A stretch of 52,141 nt of DNA. Source: a virus. Its lineage: Duplodnaviria > Caudoviricetes. The notes below the pieces were generated by a model. It was not told the origin of the DNA. It worked only from the letters and a program-made list of their open reading frames with translations, and searched no databases. Positions 46,110 to 52,141 of the stretch are shown here, piece by piece (the stretch's first letter is position 1; each line of letters opens with the position of its first letter). The translations under genes were made by a program, and so were the position numbers. Location of the stretch: the IMG/VR virus record IMGVR_UViG_3300050011_000039, positions 1 through 52,141 of that record, one strand, 5' to 3'.

Positions 46110-46181
46110 TTTGACAAGGGGGTTGACAGACCGTTACAGAACCCGTATACAGTAACCCTAGGCACCAAGTCAAGTGTCAAA
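46110..46181. promoter_or_regulatory. Nested inverted repeats: candidate 28-bp recombinase site (46131-46158) overlapping a strong promoter
   Basis: CCGTTACAG-N10-CAGTAACCC flanked by TTTGACA...TGTCAAA and TTGAC...GTCAA; plus-strand TTGACA-N17-TATACA. Confidence 0.6.
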
Positions 46182-46216
46182 CACAAAATAGAAACTCAAT
46201 CCCCCAAAAAAAAGCC

Positions 46217-46396
46217 ATGAGAACTGACAATATAACTGTTCACTTTGTTCACCCTCCCATTCCGGCACGACAGTTTGATTGGTGTGCGAAATTCGACAAT
46301 GACGAACCGGATGACGATGGGAATATGCTGATGGGTTACGGCAAGACGCCACAGGAAGCCGTTGCCGATCTAATTGAAAATGCCGACAATCTATAA
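46217..46396 (+). CDS. Hypothetical protein (59 aa, not in the ORF track)
   Basis: MRTDNITVHFVHPPIPARQFDWCA...GYGKTPQEAVADL. Confidence 0.6.
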   Translation: MRTDNITVHFVHPPIPARQFDWCAKFDNDEPDDDGNMLMGYGKTPQEAVADLIENADNL

Positions 46397-46442
46397 CCCC
46401 AAAATATGACCATGAACAAATCTGACGAAATGAGGACACCTA

Positions 46443-46718
46443 ATGGATAACGCAGTTCTGAATATCAAAAAAGGCCAAGGCATTACTTTGGTTATCGAGG
46501 GATACGAAGATCATGCCGCATCGTTTGAACACGATGACGTTTTGCAAGTCATTCTCACACAAGCGCAAACTGATCTAAATAAACGCCGGAGCGAACGCCA
46601 GCGCCTTGCGTATGAAAAAGATTGTGTTGAACAAAAATATAATGCTGCTAACCAATGCGCCACCGGAACTGCCATAGACGGACCGTCCGGTCTTGGTTTA
46701 TATCCTCGCAACCACTAA
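46443..46718 (+). CDS. Hypothetical protein
   Basis: GAGGA RBS. Confidence 0.6.
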   Translation: MDNAVLNIKKGQGITLVIEGYEDHAASFEHDDVLQVILTQAQTDLNKRRSERQRLAYEKDCVEQKYNAANQCATGTAIDGPSGLGLYPRNH

Positions 46719-46776
46719 CCCCCATCGCCCCAGTCGCACGGCGATCAAAGCTGCGACGAATGAAGGAGAACTACCG

Positions 46777-47070
46777 ATGACCGATGAACAAACCCAAGCG
46801 ACCCTACAAGACACCCCCGATCCCGCGCTGATAAACGAGCAGGTGCGCGCGCAGGCAATGGCGAACATGGCAGGGCAGACTCTCGGGCAGATCACGCAGG
46901 CCGCGATGCAGTTGCTCACGACGGCGACCTGTAATAACCCGCGCCTGTGCCTGGCTGTGGCGAACGAATTGTCTCTGATATACGCGGAGGCGTTGCGGCG
47001 CGGTCTGATGGTTAATCAGGCGACCGAGAAGGCCGACGAGGCGCCAGCACCGGAGGCCGCAAATGGCTGA
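46777..47070 (+). CDS. Hypothetical protein (97 aa)
   Basis: AAGGAG RBS before MTDEQTQ. Confidence 0.65.
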   Translation: MTDEQTQATLQDTPDPALINEQVRAQAMANMAGQTLGQITQAAMQLLTTATCNNPRLCLAVANELSLIYAEALRRGLMVNQATEKADEAPAPEAANG

Positions 47071-47311
47071 GGTCGGGGGCGTATCTGGTGAACGGCTGAT
47101 GTCGTTTATCAAAAGGATTGAAAAACTGAATGAAGATAAGGACGCCGTTACGTCTGATTTGACCGAGGTGTACGCGGAAAGCAAGTCGGTAGGATTCGAC
47201 GTTAAAATCCTGCGCCAGATCGTGAAGCTGCGTAAACAAGAGGTTGAGAAGCGGCGCGAGGAGTCCGAATTATTAGAACTCTACGCGAGTGCAATCGGCC
47301 TCGAAACCTAA
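47063..47311 (+). CDS. gapR: GapR-family (DUF2312) nucleoid-associated protein
   Basis: RL.SFI.RIEKL.EDK..V..D..EVYAE.KS.GFD.KILRQIV.LRK.....R.E....LELY..A.G. Confidence 0.9.
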   Translation: MAEVGGVSGERLMSFIKRIEKLNEDKDAVTSDLTEVYAESKSVGFDVKILRQIVKLRKQEVEKRREESELLELYASAIGLET

Positions 47312-47366
47312 CGGGAGTTAGTCATTTAATCATTCAATTATTTTCTTACTTAACAGGAGCCACCCC

Positions 47367-47666
47367 ATGCCCAAAAAGAAATGCCCCTTTCCCAAACGCG
47401 CAGACGCAGGCCGTGAGATATTCGAGGGAGGCGCGACGATCATGCAGAAGCCGGTGCGGAAGCATACGAAGAAGCCAACCGTCACTCCTGTGGACATAGA
47501 CCCGCCACCGTCCGATACATGGACGCGCATCGCGGAAGCCAACCGGATTGGGTTTGAGGCTGGTGTGCAATCTGTAAAGTGTGAGAGAATCGATTGGTTC
47601 TTTATGGGTGTTATGGCAGTTGTAATAGCGCATCTTGTGATTTATTTCTTACAACGATGGATGTGA
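47367..47666 (+). CDS. Hypothetical protein with C-terminal transmembrane helix
   Basis: AGGAG RBS; WFFMGVMAVVIAHLVIYFL. Confidence 0.6.
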   Translation: MPKKKCPFPKRADAGREIFEGGATIMQKPVRKHTKKPTVTPVDIDPPPSDTWTRIAEANRIGFEAGVQSVKCERIDWFFMGVMAVVIAHLVIYFLQRWM

Positions 47667-47941
47667 CCGTTGCCGACCGCCAGAAAGCGCGTCGCATAAT
47701 CGAGGACTTGCGCCGCGACTACACCCCCACCTACATCGCCGAGCTATTCGGTGTACGCCGTTTGTACATACAATATGCTTGTGGAATGATTAAGCACTCC
47801 AAGAAGAACGCCGAGCATACGAGGTGTTATGCTTGTCCGAAGAAAGTTATTCGGAAGATACTGGAATACGGGGCGATGTTAGGATATAGAAATACGCCAC
47901 ACCGAACGGCGTTCAATGTTCGGGAGAATGAGGGAGATTGA
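47663..47941 (+). CDS. Hypothetical HTH-like protein
   Basis: GTGA coupling; TPTYIAELFGVRR.YI. Confidence 0.5.
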   Translation: MTVADRQKARRIIEDLRRDYTPTYIAELFGVRRLYIQYACGMIKHSKKNAEHTRCYACPKKVIRKILEYGAMLGYRNTPHRTAFNVRENEGD

Positions 47942-47942
47942 T

Positions 47943-48149
47943 ATGATGGAATTTGTAAAAGATGTTGAAGCCTTCGCTATGGAGATCGGCAGCGATCTGA
48001 CTGCATTGTGGGATGAGTTCAAGGCGTTCGTGCGGAATAAGCCGGTTGAGGTAGCTACTGTTGCTGCGGAGGCACCTACTATGGCAACTGAGCCTGTTAC
48101 TTCGGTTGTAGAACCAGTTGCCGAAGCCGCGCCGCCTGTGGTATCATAA
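47943..48149 (+). CDS. Hypothetical acidic protein
   Basis: GGGAG RBS; MMEFVKDVEAF. Confidence 0.6.
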   Translation: MMEFVKDVEAFAMEIGSDLTALWDEFKAFVRNKPVEVATVAAEAPTMATEPVTSVVEPVAEAAPPVVS

Positions 48150-48193
48150 TACCAATTTACGACCTAAAAGCCTGATCGGGTGTCGTAGATGTG

Positions 48194-48231
48194 ACCAGCC
48201 CCTCTTTGCGAAAGCATACGGGCTGGTTTTC
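48194..48231. terminator. Terminator hairpin between convergent units
   Basis: ACCAGCCC...GGGCTGGT-TTTC. Confidence 0.6.
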
Positions 48232-48476
48232 TATATCCGCTTCGCCCACCCCGCCACATCCCCCAATGCCTTCTTACACCCATCCCACGCCCCGTAAAGC
48301 TTCGTGACGTACAGCGCAACGTCTTTCTGGGTATAACCGCCCATCGGAACCGCAGGCGCGTCAGGACACGTTAGGAGAGCCGCAGGGGGGCGTTCCTTCT
48401 GGATTTCAATGACTGGCGGGGGCGACGCGCAGCCTATTAAGAGCGTTAACAAGAACAGGGGCGGTAGGCGCATCAT
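48231..48476 (-). CDS. o-spanin (Rz1-like lipoprotein)
   Basis: Lipobox LLIGC, Pro-rich PPAALLTCPDAP; overlaps the i-spanin 3' end. Confidence 0.8.
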   Translation of the reverse strand: MMRLPPLFLLTLLIGCASPPPVIEIQKERPPAALLTCPDAPAVPMGGYTQKDVALYVTKLYGAWDGCKKALGDVAGWAKRI

Positions 48477-48747
48477 CGCCTTTAGGTGCGTTTTGTATGG
48501 CATTGATGTTCTCCAGTTGCTTCTGTAAGTCTGCATTCGCCTGTGTGAGCTTGGTAACAATTGCCGTTTGGTTAATCGTATCGGCTTTAACCGCCTGTTT
48601 CTCAGCCGCTACGTCCAGGCCGGATGTTATTTGGGCGACTTGAAGCTGATAGGTAAGGGCTTGCATACGGTAGTGGTAAATCAGGATGCCCTCTATCGCC
48701 ATAATAGCGAGGCATGCGATCAGGAGATATTTTGTTAGTCCGGTCAT
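48406..48747 (-). CDS. i-spanin (Rz-like)
   Basis: N-terminal TM helix plus coiled coil, directly after the endolysin. Confidence 0.75.
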   Translation of the reverse strand: MTGLTKYLLIACLAIMAIEGILIYHYRMQALTYQLQVAQITSGLDVAAEKQAVKADTINQTAIVTKLTQANADLQKQLENINAIQNAPKGDDAPTAPVLVNALNRLRVAPASH

Positions 48748-49187
48748 CGTATAGCCTCCAAGTCAAAATAGTACCTATCCCCGTCAACTAGACACGGATT
48801 CTTGCCTTTTGACCAGTACGGGGGCGCACATGCCTTGCTATCGAAATACGATACCCCTCCGTTTGTCCAGTCCGGTATATCCAGCATCATTGCGTTTTTG
48901 GCGATTTCCATAGCCTCGACATAGGCAGGATATGAAGGGTCGTTCTGCCCGATGTTGATTACGCGGTCACGATTAGCGCCAGGATCCCAGACTTGATATT
49001 GCGCTGGTCTTAGGCATACCCCGCGAACCGTAATGCCGCCGAGCCAGTGAAGGTTGGCGTTGGCGCGGTTCATAATCGTTAATGCTGTGCCTGTCATGCC
49101 ACGGGTTCCGAGGGATTCGGACTCACCTAGGCAGGTAAGCGCGAGGATTTGGAGGGCGTTAAATTGTGCTAGTGGGTCGTCTGCCAT
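48744..49187 (-). CDS. Endolysin, SleB/Hydrolase_2 cell-wall hydrolase family
   Basis: LALT..GES.....GM......IMNR...VCL.P.QY..W...D.TNG...Y....P.W. Confidence 0.8.
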   Translation of the reverse strand: MADDPLAQFNALQILALTCLGESESLGTRGMTGTALTIMNRANANLHWLGGITVRGVCLRPAQYQVWDPGANRDRVINIGQNDPSYPAYVEAMEIAKNAMMLDIPDWTNGGVSYFDSKACAPPYWSKGKNPCLVDGDRYYFDLEAIR

Positions 49188-49218
49188 TACAAGCCCCTGC
49201 GTTAAGTGTTACAAGCCC

Positions 49219-49812
49219 TCACGTTAACATTGATAAGGCCACGCCATAGACTAAACCCACCCCAAACTCAGACCACTCAGTTGACTTCTTAGCCAACGAC
49301 GGCAAGGAAAATGGCACATATTGGCCTAAAACGTAAGCAATTGGTTGGCCAACCATTAGCACACCAATAGCCCTAATCACGCCGTCCAGCGCGTTAACGT
49401 GGTGAAAGCCATATTGGGTAGCCGCATACGGCGCGAACACCACAAGGCCGCGAAATAGCCCCACGCCCTGCATACCGCAGAAGTCATACAATGCACGGAG
49501 GAAGCTACCAGCAGAAGTCCATTCGGCATCCGTGAGCGTTGGGAGCCAAAATGCAGGCCAAGCCTTTTGCGGAGTAGGCCATTTGCCGGAGTTCTGGAAC
49601 GCGGCATGCGGTATCCAAGCCATTGACGCATACGCCAACGGCAGAATCATAAACGCGTATGCCAGATCAGGGTGTGCCGCATTCATGAGGATGTACGCCA
49701 GCGCGAGAGCCGAACCCCAAAGGATGCGGTATTCCCAGTCAAAGAGCCGGATAAAGCCACCGCCACGAATCCGGTAAGCGAGGCCGAGCGCGAGTGTGAT
49801 TAGGATGTTCAT
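49219..49812 (-). CDS. Multi-pass membrane protein (197 aa)
   Basis: Several hydrophobic segments; RIRGG and EWSEF.VG motifs. Confidence 0.7.
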   Translation of the reverse strand: MNILITLALGLAYRIRGGGFIRLFDWEYRILWGSALALAYILMNAAHPDLAYAFMILPLAYASMAWIPHAAFQNSGKWPTPQKAWPAFWLPTLTDAEWTSAGSFLRALYDFCGMQGVGLFRGLVVFAPYAATQYGFHHVNALDGVIRAIGVLMVGQPIAYVLGQYVPFSLPSLAKKSTEWSEFGVGLVYGVALSMLT

Positions 49813-49979
49813 CGGTGAAGTGCCCCATAAGCTGCGATTGCAATAAGAAGAATGATAATACCCCGCCAGACGATACCCCAGAACCCGCGCCCCAAATCCA
49901 TGAAGAACTCGCTTCTCAGTTTAGCGATGACGGCATCGATGTCGGCATCTGTGAGGTTCCGCTTAGGTTCATCTGTCAT
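49809..49979 (-). CDS. Small single-TM holin-like protein (56 aa, not in the ORF track)
   Basis: GGAG RBS; MTDEPKRNLTDADIDAVI...FWGIVWRGIIILLIAIAAYG. Confidence 0.6.
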   Translation of the reverse strand: MTDEPKRNLTDADIDAVIAKLRSEFFMDLGRGFWGIVWRGIIILLIAIAAYGALHR

Positions 49980-49983
49980 GGTG

Positions 49984-50325
49984 TCACTCCATTGGCGTTA
50001 CGGTTATGTTTGTTACGTCTGGTTGCTTGCCTTTCGTGATGCTTTCAATGTCTTCCGTCGCTCCATCTGGTTCCGTCGTGCGTTTAAAGAAGATCGCAGC
50101 CGCGCCAGAGGTGAGCAATGCGCTCACACCGCCGACATAAGTCAAGACAGATGTGAAAAGCTCTTGCGTGGGAAATGGCTTTTCGCGCCAATAGCCGACA
50201 ATATCCATGCCTACGCCGAGAATTAGGACAACTGCCAGCATCGTTGCGTTGACGAGCATTACCCAACGGGCGATGTCGTGGGTTTTGTTGTCCTTGCCGG
50301 TGGTAAGGTTGGATAGGATGGTCAT
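49984..50325 (-). CDS. Two-TM holin-like protein (113 aa)
   Basis: Start revised to MTILSNLTTGKDNKTHDIARW; two hydrophobic helices. Confidence 0.6.
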   Translation of the reverse strand: MTILSNLTTGKDNKTHDIARWVMLVNATMLAVVLILGVGMDIVGYWREKPFPTQELFTSVLTYVGGVSALLTSGAAAIFFKRTTEPDGATEDIESITKGKQPDVTNITVTPME

Positions 50326-50326
50326 A

Positions 50327-52141
50327 TTAAAGCCCTGTGCAAGTACATGCGCCCGTTGCTCCGACAACTGTTGTGCAATATCCAGCCGCCCCGCCCGTTG
50401 TCCAGCAAGCAGCCTGACCTGCATGAGCAGAGGCATTTTGAAGTGTAAATTCTCCGGGCGTGGCTGATGAAGTCCCAACAGCAACCGACCCCTGAACAAT
50501 CATCCCATTCGTCGGAGCTGCCGTCACACCAGCGTAGCTTGTGCCGATTGCGACATTGCCGTACACATCGAGTTCGGATGCTGGTGATGTCGTCCCAATC
50601 CCGACGTTGCCGCTATTCGAAATTCGCATATACTCGGACCAGGTAGCTGAATTATTCCTCTCTAGGAATAGCAGGCTGCCATTGTCAGAACCGCTGGAGA
50701 AGTTAGGCGAAGCCAGTTTCCAGCCGTACCCGCCGCCTGCAGGCGAGAAGTTGAATTCAATGCCCCCAGATTGCGCGGTTGCGGTACGTCCAAGAACGAT
50801 TTGTGCATCGTCAATTGTCGGCCTGCCTGTAGAGAGATTACCGGCCGCGAAAGCCGCGCCGGATATATAAAGGCGGCTCGAGGTGCTGGCGGCTCCGACT
50901 TGAAGAGGCGCTTCCGGCGAGGTTGTCCCGATCCCGACACTGCCTGCTGTCGTGAGTGTCATCAACGCGCCGTAAGCGCCGCCATTGATCGAGCTGCTCC
51001 AGGTAAGGTTCCCCGAAGGGTTGGCTGCGCCCTGTACGGGTTGCAGTTCCTCGATCATATCGACTGCTTGGCTGGCGGACGTGTTTGTCTCCCAGCCGCG
51101 TCCGTCAAAGTGGAGGCGCGGTGACCATTGTTGGGCGCCTAAAGCCGCCGCCGTCGTGTTGGTTAGCACGAGACCGTTGGTGCTGGTCACGCCGATGGAT
51201 TGGGTGTCGGTAACCGCGCCGCTTGCAGCCAGACTCGTTCCTGTCGCCGCCCCAATGTTTGGCGTTACTAGCGTTGGCGACGTATCCACAACAAATTTCG
51301 TCCCTGTGCCGGTCTGCGACGCGATAGATGTTGCATTGCCAGATGAGGTTATGACGCCTGTCAAATTAGCATTCGTCGTCACGGTTGAGGCGGCAATGGC
51401 TGTGTTGCATCCGAAGCCTGTGCCGCTAGTCCATTTAAGGGCGCTTGCAGAGGTTGAGCACGAAGGCAATGCCAAATCTGAGGGTGTCGTAGCGGTCAAT
51501 GCGCCAAGAACCGTGTTTGCCGTTTGTGTCGCAAGTGTTGCCGTCAGGGTGCCGGATGTTGTGACTGCACTTGATGGGGTTGAAGATAATACTGTGCCGT
51601 CGCCGGTGAAAGTTACGGAGGTGACAGTGCCGGAGCCGGTACTGGCAGCAACCCACGAGGTATTACCAGAACCATCAGTCTGAAGAACATAAGTATTAGT
51701 TCCATTAGTTGCTGGCAGTGTAAAATTAGTTCCCGTTCCTGCTGCTGCTGCGGCTTTCAATGTAACACTGCCGCTAGTAGAACCATTAAAAGTTATCTGT
51801 CCGTTGGTTCCTGAATTAGCCCCCGTTGACATAACGCCGCTTGCAGCCAGACTCGTTCCTGTCGCCGCCCCAATGTTTGGCGTTACTAGCGTTGGCGACG
51901 TATCCACAACAAATTTCGTCCCTGTGCCGGTCTGCGACGCGATAGATGTTGCATTGCCAGATGAGGTTATGACGCCTGTCAAATTAGCATTCGTCGTCAC
52001 GGTTGAGGCGGCAATGGCTGTGTTGCATCCGAAGCCTGTGCCGCTAGTCCATTTAAGGGCGCTTGCAGAGGTTGAGCACGAAGGCAATGCCAAATCTGAG
52101 GGTGTCGTAGCGGTCAATGCGCCAAGAACCGTGTTTGCCGT
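50327..52141 (-). CDS. 3' part of the origin-spanning fibre/adhesin-like protein
   Basis: Two G(S/N)VGIGTTSP repeats, T/S/G-rich, Cys-rich C-terminal tip. Confidence 0.85.
   Translation of the reverse strand, partial: TANTVLGALTATTPSDLALPSCSTSASALKWTSGTGFGCNTAIAASTVTTNANLTGVITSSGNATSIASQTGTGTKFVVDTSPTLVTPNIGAATGTSLAASGVMSTGANSGTNGQITFNGSTSGSVTLKAAAAAGTGTNFTLPATNGTNTYVLQTDGSGNTSWVAASTGSGTVTSVTFTGDGTVLSSTPSSAVTTSGTLTATLATQTANTVLGALTATTPSDLALPSCSTSASALKWTSGTGFGCNTAIAASTVTTNANLTGVITSSGNATSIASQTGTGTKFVVDTSPTLVTPNIGAATGTSLAASGAVTDTQSIGVTSTNGLVLTNTTAAALGAQQWSPRLHFDGRGWETNTSASQAVDMIEELQPVQGAANPSGNLTWSSSINGGAYGALMTLTTAGSVGIGTTSPEAPLQVGAASTSSRLYISGAAFAAGNLSTGRPTIDDAQIVLGRTATAQSGGIEFNFSPAGGGYGWKLASPNFSSGSDNGSLLFLERNNSATWSEYMRISNSGNVGIGTTSPASELDVYGNVAIGTSYAGVTAAPTNGMIVQGSVAVGTSSATPGEFTLQNASAHAGQAACWTTGGAAGYCTTVVGATGACTCTGL
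51217..52141. repeat. Terminal redundancy, identical to 1-925
   Basis: Direct comparison. Confidence 0.95.

Larger units (their letters stand above)
42728..46160 (-). mobile_element. Serine-recombinase-led accessory island with a repeated motif at gene starts (candidate cassette array)
   Basis: Opposite orientation to its flanks; resolvase, 28-bp inverted-repeat site and 8 in-frame CWVWAACSAY motifs. Confidence 0.55.

Overview
This window looks like a complete circular phage genome of about 51.2 kb. Bases 1-925 are repeated exactly at 51217-52141, so the unit length is about 51,216 bp. It is a podovirus-type (BPP-1-like head and tail module) dsDNA phage, most likely infecting an alphaproteobacterium, since it encodes GcrA, GapR/DUF2312 and DUF6511 homologues. 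The minus strand from about 28.3 kb to 1, continuing at 52.1-48.2 kb, carries TerS, TerL, portal, scaffold, major capsid, tail tubular A/B, ejection proteins, fibres and lysis genes. The plus strand from 28.8 to 42.7 kb carries early and replication genes (primase-helicase, Sak4-like ATPase, DUF669 SSB, Cas4-like exonuclease, SF2 helicase, GcrA). I see no DNA or RNA polymerase, integrase, tRNA or CRISPR array. The most striking unexplained structure is a minus-strand island at 42.7-46.2 kb: a small serine recombinase, a 28-bp inverted-repeat site upstream of it, and a chain of short unrelated accessory genes. Eight of these carry the same DNA motif (CWVWAACSAY) within their first few codons, in the same frame, and the motif matches the arms of that site. 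This is a candidate recombinase-linked gene-cassette array. Other highlights are a split C5 methyltransferase with a second subunit in an overlapping frame, two fibre-like proteins with Sec signal peptides, a structured capsid mRNA leader and a CtrA box. All family calls come from motif recognition by eye, not from database searches.
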